NCBI GenBank assembly: GCA_951406725.2
Contig: OX597824.1
Span: 81,654,001 to 81,718,000 of the forward strand
From: Octopus vulgaris
Lineage: Eukaryota
Length of the DNA stretch: 64,000 bases
Direction: 5' to 3'
Below are positions 29,109 through 39,890 of this stretch, piece after piece. The notes under the pieces were generated by a model. It was given only the letters and a program-made list of their open reading frames with translations. It did no database searches and had not been told where the DNA came from. Positions within the stretch are counted from its first letter, which is position 1, and each line of letters starts with the position of its first letter. The translations under genes and the position numbers were made by a program.

Positions 29109-29885
29109 CATCAAACTACTACATAAGTTAGCTTGCAGAAATGTTATCTTGAAGTCTAGTAACAACAAGTCTCCTCAAATCTGAAGAAATATCTTTCAGT
29201 CTTGTAAGAAACATCTTGGGTGATATGCCAAGTGCGCGAAATTACCCCAAGAATAATTATTTTCTTTGTCTTCCACAGTCTCTTCAGATTCTGATATTTC
29301 TCAAATCTTTTCAATTTCTTTGATATCGACTCTGATCTCATTGCAAAGTCTATGATCTTACACTCTTTGTTTATGTTCTGCTATATATACATATCTTGTC
29401 TTCTTGTTTCAATAATATAATCAGTATTTTTGAGAAAATCCCTTAAGATCTTATAATTTTCATTCTCTTCAACCGCATCTAGTTCGATACCAAATTCCTG
29501 GTATGTCGAAGCCACACACTCCCATAACATCCAACACTCTTTTAACACCACAGTCATGTTTATGTTTATACTCTTTTTGTGCTAGTATACTACACTCATT
29601 CAAGAGATGGATGATATTTCCGTCTCTTTTCCTGCAAATTCGATATTTGCAGTCTAATTGAACATGCGCAATCATTACCTTTTCAGCTTCGTTCTAATGT
29701 CTTGTTCCTGAGCGGCTATAATTAGTGTTTCTGTTTCTCATTTTCCGTCCATTAGCTAGGGCGTTCTTTATTTCCAGCACTTTCGATTTGCTGCATAAAT
29801 TGTTAATGTATTTTCATTTCTTTCTATCTGCTTGTATTTTCCTTCCATCCCTTCTTCAATTCAGTAGTCTTTGAGGCATCACTAG
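29107..29885 (-). pseudogene. R4/Dong-type non-LTR retrotransposon relic (CCHC finger plus endonuclease)
   Basis: ETLIIAAQEQD..., RICRKRDGNIIHLLNECSILAQKEYKHKHD, KLKRFEKYQNLKRLWKTK; the 3' end runs into (TAA)n. Confidence 0.75.
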
Positions 29886-30158
29886 CTACCGATATTACTA
29901 CTACTACTACTACTACTAGTGTTGCTGTTGTCATTGTTATTATTACTATTATTCTCCACCTTGATCATCATCGCCATCACCATCATCGTCATCCTCATCA
30001 TCATCATCATCATCATCATCATAATTATCAGTGTTTATAGTCGTCACGTCTGCATACGAGCAATTATAATGTCTGACATTTAAACATGAATGCACTTCTA
30101 TCAACATGCACCTAATAAATGTATTTTAAAGTAATCTGTTGTTACTTTGCATCAAACG

Positions 30159-30259
<101 letters not shown>

Positions 30260-30816
30260 ATGTTCACACCCATTGACGTTATAAGGCTTGCTGTGATGGC
30301 AATGCACGGGTATGTGTTTGCATCTAGGCGTGTTCATACGTGTGTGTGGAGGGGTGGGGGTAGGGTGTATGCATGTATGTATGTGTAGAAGTATATGAAT
30401 GCATCGCAAATACATGTGAATGTACTGCAGAAATATTGTGTAACTGGGCGTCAGTTAAACACGCAACAGTCGATGTCAGCTACGTAGCTAAGATGCCTGT
30501 CCATGTAATTTCATATCTTACAACACTTTCACGTTCCTGCAATAACGATATCGTCGCCGCTATTATCTTCAAATATGAATGTGCTTCAAGACCTCAAATT
30601 GTTCTTACACTTTTGATTAAAAGCATTTTAACTTTCTGTTGGTGGTGAGTCAAAAGCCAGATAATGTGCATGGTACATCATAAGTACTATTAGCGATTTA
30701 TAAGTTATAATGGCGGTTATAAAGAATATTGGTGGGTGGATCTCCATTGGTTTCGTAAGTAAGTATATTGTTCTATTACCAGAACCTTCTGCTTATTGAA
30801 TTAGCGATTAGTGTAA

Positions 30817-31929
30817 AGCGGTGAGCTGGCAGAAACGTTAGCACGCCGGGTAAAAGGCTTAGTGCTATTTCGTCTGTCTTTATGCTCTGCGTTCAAAGTG
30901 CGCCGAGGTCGACTTTGCCTTTCATCCTTTCAGGGTCGATAAATTAAATACCAGTTGTGTACTGGGGTCGATCTAATCGACTGGTCTCCTCCCCCAAAAT
31001 TTCAGGCCTTGTGCTCAGAGTAGAAAAAATAATAAAAATTTCTGGTGTGTAGGCGGCGAGCTGGCAGAAACGTTCGCACGCCGGGCGAAATGCTTGGCGG
31101 TATTTCGTCTGCCGCTACGTTCTGAGTTCAAATTCCGCCGAGGTCGACTTTGCCTTTCATCATTCGGGGTCGATTAAATAAGTACCAGTAACGCACTGGT
31201 GTCGATATAATCAACTTAATCCGTTTGCCTGTCCTTGTTTGTCCCGTGTGTGTTTAGACCCTTGTGGGTAGTAAAGAAATAGGTATCTCGTCTGCCTTTA
31301 CGTTCTGCGTTCAAATTGCGCCGAGTTCGACTTTGCCTTTCATCCTTTCGGGATCGATAAATTAAATACCAGTTGCGTACTAGGGTCAATATAATCGACT
31401 GGCCTCCTCCCCCAAAATTTCAGGCCTTGTGCCTAGAGTAGAAAAGAATATTAAATTACTGGGGTGAAGGCGACGAGCTGGCAGAATCGTTAGCACGCCG
31501 GGCGAAATGCTTCGCAATATTTCGTCTGTCTTTACGTTCTGCGTTCAAATTGCGCCGAGGTCGACTTTGCCTTTCATCTTTCGAAGTCGATAAATTAAGT
31601 ACCAGTTGCGTACTGGTGTCTGTCTAATCGAATGGTCCCCCCTCCCCCAAAATTTCGGGCCTCGTGCCTAGAGTAGAAAAAAATTAGCGATAAGTTTATA
31701 AGTGGGTGAATATATTACAGGAAAAGGGTACTTCAGATACGGGTCGCGTCGACATTATGAATACTCTATTCTACCACAGACGCAATGACTCGTACTTATT
31801 TTGTGAACCCCGAAAGGATGTAAGGCAAAGATGACCTCGGCGGATTCTGAACTCAGAACGTAACTCCGGAAGAATTGCCACTAAGCATTTTCTCCGGCAT
31901 GCTAACGGTTCTGTCAGCTCACTGCCTTC
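30817..31929. mobile_element. Cluster of five SINE family B copies (30817, 31052, 31282 partial, 31468 plus; ~31735-31929 minus)
   Basis: Repeated heads (g)gcgagctggcagaa and central domain; two tail types. Confidence 0.85.
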
Positions 31930-32193
31930 CTATGTAAAGTAAATAATTTTTTTTTGTGTTGCGTTCAAGGTCACCTTAACTGTATACATAATACAAAATA
32001 TAACAACCTAGATAAACAAAACTTCGTAGAAGAGGGGAAAGATTTTTAAAAATGTAAAAGTAAAAAATAAAATAAAATAAAAACAAACACATAGATAAAC
32101 ACAATGATGCATATTAACTCAAACACATACATGAATACACTAACGCACATTAACACATACACCTAAATGAATACACAAGTTACACTGACACAT

Positions 32194-32461
32194 GGTACTC
32201 CGTCGGTTACGACGACGAGTGTTCCGGTTGACCCGATGAATTGAACAGTCCATTCGTAAAATTAACGTGCAAGTGGCTGAGTACTCCACGGACACGTGTA
32301 CCTTTAACGTAATTCTCATGGAGATTCAGCATGACACAGAATGTGACAAGGCCGGCCCTTTTGAACTACAGGTACTACTCATTTTTGACAGCTGAGTTGA
32401 CTCGAGCAATGTGAAATAAAGTGTCTTGCTCAAGAACAGAATTCGCTGCCGGGAATCGAAC
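32194..32461 (-). mobile_element. SINE family C-related copy (3' part)
   Basis: Reverse complement of the ...cgtcgtcgtaaccgacggagt tail seen at 49150 and 53570. Confidence 0.75.
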
Positions 32462-32563
32462 GTAGATAAATTCACACGCTATCGAATTAATAAATACACA
32501 TATGTAAATAAACAAACTAACACGCATGACGCATATATATATACTATTATAAATACTATATAA

Positions 32564-33577
32564 ATACTATTAAATGGAATAAATGACAATATACAATTCA
32601 CGATGGACCACAACGAAAAAGAATTACCATTTTTAGACATCCTCATTAAGAAAACCGGCAACAAAATAGAGACAGATATCTACTATAAACCGACAGACTC
32701 TAAACAGTACCTACCCTTTGATTCATGCCACCCACGACACACTAGAATGAATGTCCCTTTTTGTTTAGCTAGAAGGATTTGCACCATAATATCAGACACA
32801 AACACCCGACACACACGTCTCCAGGAACTTAGAACCACACTCACAAATAGAAACTATCCACAGCCCCTAATAGACAGTACAATCCAACGGGTACTTAAAT
32901 TAAGTATAGAAGACCTGAGACAAACAAAACCAAAAAAGAAAGAACAATTAAAAACCCTTCCCTACATCTCTACACACAACCCACTCAACAATGAGGCCTT
33001 CAACACCATACTACAAAGCACAGCCCTACTAAAGGGAGACCCAAAGATGAACCGGATCCTCGAAACACACACCATCATTAAAAGTAAACGGCAACCAAAA
33101 TCCTTGAAAAGGATTTTAACCCAAGCTACACTGCACTCAACATCAACCACAAAACCAGCAGTTAGAAAATGTGGAAGGCCCAACTGCGGAATCTGTGTCA
33201 TCTTGAAAGAAGGATCAGAATTTATACTGGAACAAGGCCACTAGTTCACCATTAGAACAAACTTCACCTGCGCATCAGAAAACTTAATTTACGTCATAAC
33301 ATGCGCAGGCTGCAATAGGCAGTATATAGGCCATACAAAAAATAGCTTACGTAACAGGATGGCGGTGCATAAAGCACAAATTAGAAACCCTGATTACAGC
33401 AAAATACCGGTCAGCGGACACATAGATAGATGTGCTGGAAATGTAAATCCGAAATTTACAACTAACCCGCTCTATAAATTCAGTGACAACGCAACCTTCA
33501 CACAACGCCAAAATAAAGAACTATATTTCATAAAAAAATTTAGACCAAGTTTAAACACCCTGGGCCAAGAATACTAA
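32564..33577 (+). pseudogene. Penelope-like element ORF: RT C-terminus/thumb, Cys linker, GIY-YIG endonuclease; 5'-truncated, one in-frame TAG at 33242
   Basis: IQFTMDHNEKELPFLDILI...YYKPTDSKQYLPFDSCHP; CGRPNCGIC; FTCASENLIYVITCAGCNRQYIGHT...RMAVH...ELYFIKKFRPSLN. The Cys-rich linker suggests the Neptune clade. Confidence 0.92.
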
Positions 33578-34560
33578 AACAAAAGATAAGTCCTCCGAAA
33601 AGGAGAAGCAAAATTCCACCACGGCCGCTACTTTAAACAGACACTCGCTCTGACGGAAATATGCCTTAGTAAAAAAGGAAAAAAATTCTTTCGTGCAAAT
33701 CTGACCCTGATGCATACGATACAGCTAAGGGTGAGACCCAATTCTGATTGGTCAACAAGTTGATGACGTCTAGCTCTGCTAGAATGGACAGGATACAAAC
33801 AGGGGACAGTCATTAGTCAGAATATTGATGACGTCCTTTTCTGCTTGACTAGTCACCTAATAAGTACAGACAGGGGGCAGATCTAATGTAGCTATAAGTC
33901 GTGATTGGGCAGAATCTGGATGACGTCCCGTTCTGCTTGACCAACGAAGCGACTGGTTAAAACAGGAAACAAACAAGAGGCAGTTATAATGCAGCGATTG
34001 GTCAAAATAATGATGACGTCCCGTTCTGCTTGACTAAAGCCACCTAACGAAACGATTGGGCAAAACGTTGATGACGTCACGCTACGCTGGATTGACCACC
34101 TAACAGGCATTATAAAACCGAGCACTTCACAAAATCCACTAGAACCACCCAGCGAACATCCACCATGGGTCATCACAATTGCTTAAGGTAAAAATGAATT
34201 CCTCGCTCTTTCGGAAACATCAATCTTCTGTATTGACCGCTTTCCACCACTTTGATCTGTTTTTTGTATTGAATACGTATCGCCACCGTGGGCCACTGCA
34301 TCGAACACTTTGAACATATACTTCAAACTATATATCAACTATACATGAACTATATATCAACTATACATGAACTCTAAGATGTCTGACTCCGTTGTGTATT
34401 ATAAATGAATTTCTTGTGTTTGACGGCATGAGCTGTCTTTTTTTATATATAACTTTTTTTGATAAGGTTCATTTCAGGAACTGAAACATGTTATAATGTA
34501 TATATAAAAATTAAAAATTGTATAATACAGCAGCATTTTCGAACTTCATTTTTTACAAAT
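33578..34560 (+). mobile_element. 3' region / pseudo-LTR of the PLE
   Basis: Follows the ORF and ends at (TA)n; decayed hammerhead-like TTGATAA-ggttc..gaact-GAAAC at 34459-34492. Confidence 0.65.
33746..34117 (+). promoter_or_regulatory. Putative PLE internal Pol II promoter: 5x (GATTGG-N10-GATGACGTC) plus TATAAAA
   Basis: Modules start at 33746, 33811 (CATTAG variant), 33903, 33996 and 34054; TATAAAA at 34111. Confidence 0.55.
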
Positions 34561-34744
34561 ATATATATATATATATGTATATATATTTACAGGGCAAGAC
34601 TGCTAGATAGTCTGCCGCATGCTAGAAATAGATCATCAACGATCAAACTACAAAGAAAGTTCTCTAGAGGAAAAAATTCAGCGAACTCCAGAACCAAATT
34701 TGGCGGGCAGGACAGATGAAAATTTATATAAAAAAACATAATTA

Positions 34745-34821
34745 ATTGCATACCTCGGTTTCGGCCTTTAACAACAGAATTACCTACGTAATTCAAATGT
34801 CCGTGGCCTCATCAGTGCAAT
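34745..34821 (-). ncRNA. Type I hammerhead ribozyme, intact core
   Basis: auugca-CUGAUGA-ggcc...gaauuac(guag)guaauuc...ggcc-GAAAC-cgag-GUA-ugcaau; perfect 6-bp stem I and 4-bp stem II base. Confidence 0.85.
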
Positions 34822-34895
34822 CGTTCAGTGTAAATGCAATCTGAAAAACTAACCCCAAAACAGACACGTGTTTAGTTTTACCGATTACATTAGGG

Positions 34896-34956
<61 letters not shown>

Positions 34957-34958
<2 letters not shown>

Positions 34959-35110
34959 AGGCGCAATGGCCCAGTGGTTAGGGTAACGGACTCGCGGTCG
35001 TAGGATCGCGGTTTCGTTGTGAGTGTTTATTGAGCGAAAACACCTTAAAATCTCTACGATGCTCCGGCAGGGGGTGGTGATCCCTGCTGTACTCTTTCAC
35101 CACTCTTTAT
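34957..35110 (+). mobile_element. SINE family C 5' fragment (tRNA-Arg-like head)
   Basis: ggaggcgcaatggcccagtggttaggg...gactcgcggtc; matches 48800 and 53214. Confidence 0.8.
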
Positions 35111-35161
35111 TCTGATTCTCTGGTCGGTCACGTGATCACGTGATATATATATATATATATA

Positions 35162-35226
35162 TAGTATAGTGGTAAGTATCCCCGCCTGTCACGCGGGAGA
35201 CCGGGTTTCAATTCCTCGCCGGGGAG
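35162..35226 (+). pseudogene. tRNA-Asp(GTC) pseudogene / SINE head
   Basis: tagtatagtggtaagtatccccgcctGTCacgcgggagaccgggtttcaattcctcgccggggag. The 5' acceptor strand is replaced by (TA)n, the T-arm has mismatches, and no oligo-T terminator follows. Confidence 0.8.
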
Positions 35227-35349
35227 ACGTTAACGCTGTCTTTATTTCTTTGAATGGCAATACCCCAGCATGGCCACAGCTCGTGAGCTGAAACTAAATG
35301 AAATGAAACGATATATATGTATGTGTGTGTGTGTTTGTGTGTTTACACT

Positions 35350-35919
35350 TTTTCGATATCAGTGACTTTTCGTCACTGGAAAAAGGATATATATTTGCAT
35401 CGGGAACCTACTTTTCATCGACAACCGGTGATTGTCACTCGTCTCATACACAAATCTTCAGTCATAATGGACTGAACTAAATAATGACTAATCTGCACAT
35501 CCTCTGATAAATCATGGATAAGTGATTCGAGGATTTCCCCTCACAGCTGCTCGCAAATCTGCGATGCGTTTCTCAGTTCTTCTGCTTGCGGGCCTCCCAG
35601 AACGTCCGTCACTATTGACATTTCTTAAGCCATTTTGGAAGCGTCAAAAGCACTCGTACACTTGTCTGCGTCTCGTGCACTCCTCTCCATACACTTTCTG
35701 CAACGTTGTGTAGGACTCTGAGCAGGTATTGCCATGACAACGTTTTCTGCCATGTCAATGCAACGGTCACACACTACACACTTTCCTTCCAAGCACTGCT
35801 GTAAACCGTGAAATTAATGTACAACGTTAAAACTTAGTGCGCATGCACAACAAAGTTCGTACTGCGTGGTTTAGCTTCGTTACTTAGGCAACAGTCCGGA
35901 CACCTATGGATCAAACTTC

Positions 35920-35923
<4 letters not shown>
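35350..35923 (-). mobile_element. Mariner transposon 5' fragment
   Basis: Minus strand GNTCSESYTTLQKVYGEE...QVYECF*RFQNG...SDGRSGRP (transposase HTH region); TIR-like tacgaagtttgatccataggtgtccggactg next to TA. Confidence 0.8.
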
Positions 35924-35958
<35 letters not shown>

Positions 35959-35961
<3 letters not shown>

Positions 35962-36157
35962 TCTTTTACTGTTTTACTTGTTTCAGCGAATTGAGTGCGG
36001 CCATGCTGGAGCACTGCCTTTAGTCGAACAAATCGACCCCAGAACTTATACTTTGTAAGCCTAGTACTTATTCTATCCAATGCTTTTGCTGAACCAGTAA
36101 GTTACGGGGACATAAATTGTCAAGCGATGTCGGCAAGACAAACACAGACACACAAAC

Positions 36158-36206
<49 letters not shown>

Positions 36207-36342
36207 GATATATATTTTTTTGACGGGTTTCTTTCAGTTTCCGTCTACCAAATCCACTCACAAGGCCGAAGACTATAGTAGAACCCGGAACCATGTGGGT
36301 GGTACGCAAGCTACCTACCACACGGCTACTCCTACCCTACGT
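35959..36342 (-). mobile_element. SINE family A, internally deleted
   Basis: Matches the family A reverse complement. Confidence 0.8.
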
Positions 36343-36488
36343 ATATAATATGCAACAACTACTGATAAAAACATTAAAATATGTGTGTAATGCCTTTGAA
36401 GAACAGTAACTCTACCGCAAAAGGGAAGAAGATGATGATGAAGAAGAAGAAGAAGAAGAAGAAGAAGCAGAAGAAGAACAAGAAGATT

Positions 36489-36521
<33 letters not shown>

Positions 36522-36528
36522 GTGATGG

Positions 36529-36622
<94 letters not shown>

Positions 36623-37332
36623 TTTGTGATGTGCAGGAGGAGAAGGAGGAGGAAGAAGGTAAAGAAATAAATGAGACACCCGCCAAGTCAGCCCAGATCG
36701 ATTATCCTTCGTGTGCTGTAATCTCGCCATGATGGTTATCAGTTCTATATCAATGTCGCAACGTAGGATGCAATCATGTCTAACATCAAACACTTTGTTT
36801 TATCCGCCTTCATTTTCCCCGCAAGAACTATTTTTCGTGTTTGAAGCATTTTGTTTTGCCATATTTTTCTTGATATTCATTTTTTAAAAATCTTCTAACA
36901 GAATAATATTTGCTTTTTTTTTTTTTTTTTACAGAATATGATATATATGTGATTTGCCGCCAGCAGACGAGTTCCTATATAAGTATGTATACATGTATTT
37001 ATGTATGTATGTATGTATGTATGTATGTATGTATGTATGTATGTATGTATGTATGTATGTATGTATGTATGCATGCATGTATGTATGTATGTATGTATGT
37101 ATGTATAAATGTCTATTTGTATGAAGTGTGTATTTGTACAAGTATGTAAGCGTATATCTACATGTGTTTACGTATATATTGATATGTATTATATACTATA
37201 TATCTATATATGTATATCTACGTATGTACATGTATTTATGCTCATATATATATGTATGTGTATATATATCGATATGTATGTGTGTGTGTGTGTGCGTATG
37301 AACATATAAACAGATATATATATATATATATG

Positions 37333-37403
<71 letters not shown>

Positions 37404-38015
37404 GTATTTATACGAATGTGTGCGTTATGTGATATGTATTTGTGTGTCTGACCGTTTACGTGTGCGTATATGGATAATGCATGTATATTTGTGTCCGCGT
37501 ATGCTTGATAAATTTTTTTTTTAACTGCTGTAGAAATCCGATTATGAAGTGAATTTGTCTATGACCATCAAGGCCTTTCATGTAGCCCTCTTTATTTCTG
37601 GCAGAATAGTTTGATTTGAGAGTGATTTGGCAGCCATTGTTAGCAAGTTGATTGACTATTTAGAATACCTCCAATATTGGCTCTTTTATATTTCTATGGA
37701 TGCATCCCTTTGCGTGTTTGTGCGCATGCCGGCTCTTTTATGCATGTTATTATAGTTGTCAACCGTAATCAAGCTTATCTGTCCTAAAAGACATTACAGC
37801 CGTAGCCATCCAGCCTTTTGTCTTGTGTGGTATCAATGCCTACTGCGACTTCCTTTAGTTAAGATTGTACGATGATAATTCGATGGCTTCTAACAGCTAT
37901 TTCCATCACTTACTCTTCAGTATCATTGGTTTCCATCATATCACCAATCACAGGACTTAAGTAATATGGAATGTCGTTTGAACTTAGTCTTCTGAATTAA
38001 CTTATTTATATACAA

Positions 38016-38310
38016 CTAGCAGTATCGCCCGGCGTTGCTCGGGTTTGTAAGGGAAATAACTATATAAGCATTTTTAGAGAGTTATAGCCAAAAAATAGAA
38101 AAAAATGCATTAAAAATGGAAAAAAAATGATGGTAAATTTTTTTTAAATCGTAGACTCATCGTAGACGCGCGCTAATACCCAGAAAGGCTCGATATGAAT
38201 CACGACTATAAGATACCCGGTTTTGGTTAAACTGCACCGCAAAATGTGGGAGTAGTTAGGAATCTAAATCGTAGGAGACAGACACACAACCTTACTTATA
38301 TATATAAAGA
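38016..38310 (-). mobile_element. Non-autonomous Helitron
   Basis: Minus strand A|TCTTTATATA...cccgagcaacgccggg (hairpin)-cgatactg-CTAG|T, no TSD; second copy at 51123. Confidence 0.85.
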
Positions 38311-38505
38311 TAAGCATTTTTTAAGTTTTCCTCTTAGATTTCATTAAATTAAAAACTGCATTCTTGCGACATTTCTTTCAGCTTTTTTATATGCCGAGCT
38401 CAAATACATTCAGGGTCGAATTTGACTGCTGTCGTTTAGAAACCAATGAAAAAACTATCAGCTGACCATTGGATCAAGGTAACCGATACTTCCCCTTAAA
38501 ATTAT

Positions 38506-38620
38506 GGAGGCACATGGCCTAGTGGTTAGAGCAGCGGACTCGCGGTCCATGGATCGCGGATTCGAATCTCAGAGCGGGCGATGTGTGTATTTATGAGCGA
38601 AACACCTAGGCTCCACGCAG
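38506..38620 (+). mobile_element. SINE family C 5' fragment
   Basis: ggaggcacatggcctagtggttagagcagcggactcgcgg... Confidence 0.7.
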
Positions 38621-39224
38621 CCACATACATACATACATACATACATACATACATACATACATACATACATACATAAATACATAGAAAAATACTCAGTTGA
38701 TGCTGTTGAAAATCGAATGAAGAAGCTTTGGATCTAGGTTAAAAACCAGCTCTTGCTCCATTGGTAAAAAATCTTCAAATAGAGCTGAATAATGACATAT
38801 ACACATACATAAATACACACGTACATACATACATACATGCATACATATATACATACATACATACATACATACATACATACATAAATACATACATGCATAC
38901 ATGCATACATACATAAATACATACATACATACAGCCAGCATCGACACAGTTTTCATCCAAACACTTCACTCACAGTGCACTGCTCGGTAGGGGGTTATAG
39001 CAGGAAGCACTCGGCAAATATACTGCATAACAGAACCAACCCCAAAACCACATGGCTGCAATATGCGTATCTTAATTCTACAACCATTCCTGCACCTATA
39101 TTATTTCTTCGTTTTGTTTACCGGGATTATTTCGTTTCTGCATAGATATTAAGTTATTGCATTTGAAGTTACACCCGAGATTCTATTGAGGTTGGTGCAT
39201 CAAGTACTTAATGGAAAGGTAGGG

Positions 39225-39294
<70 letters not shown>

Positions 39295-39459
39295 TTCTTA
39301 AAGAGGACAACAAACAATTATATATCCGCTGCATCGAAAATCTGCAATGGCTCCAAAACTACCGTACGGCCTAAACCTTGGAGCCCTACTAATTCGTTAT
39401 AGCACTTACAATGGCTTAGGTCACTTGTGAATAAAAACCCATGTATATATATATATGTA

Positions 39460-39507
<48 letters not shown>

Positions 39508-39833
39508 CGTGTGTGTTTGTGTGTGAGTGTGTGTTTGTGTGTGAGTATGTACGTATGTATGTATGTATGTATGTATATATGTAGGTATTATGTATGTATA
39601 GTTTACACATGCGATCCAGGTATTCTCTGTATAGGAGACACTCAGCTGTGCTCAAAACATTCGAACTTAGATTCTGATGTCTCTACTGGGGATCATACCA
39701 CAAGGTAAAGAATGACTATAGGAGAGATGAGGAAGAGAAGGTATAGAAGCATTCATTGGATACTCAAATTACATTTGCTTATCCTAATAATTTATATACA
39801 TATATATTTATACACACATACACACACACACAT

Positions 39834-39885
<52 letters not shown>

Positions 39886-39890
39886 TTATA

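Noticed and set aside
35162-35226. Functional tRNA-Asp gene
   Set aside because: The 5' acceptor strand is missing, the T-arm is mutated and there is no oligo-T terminator.
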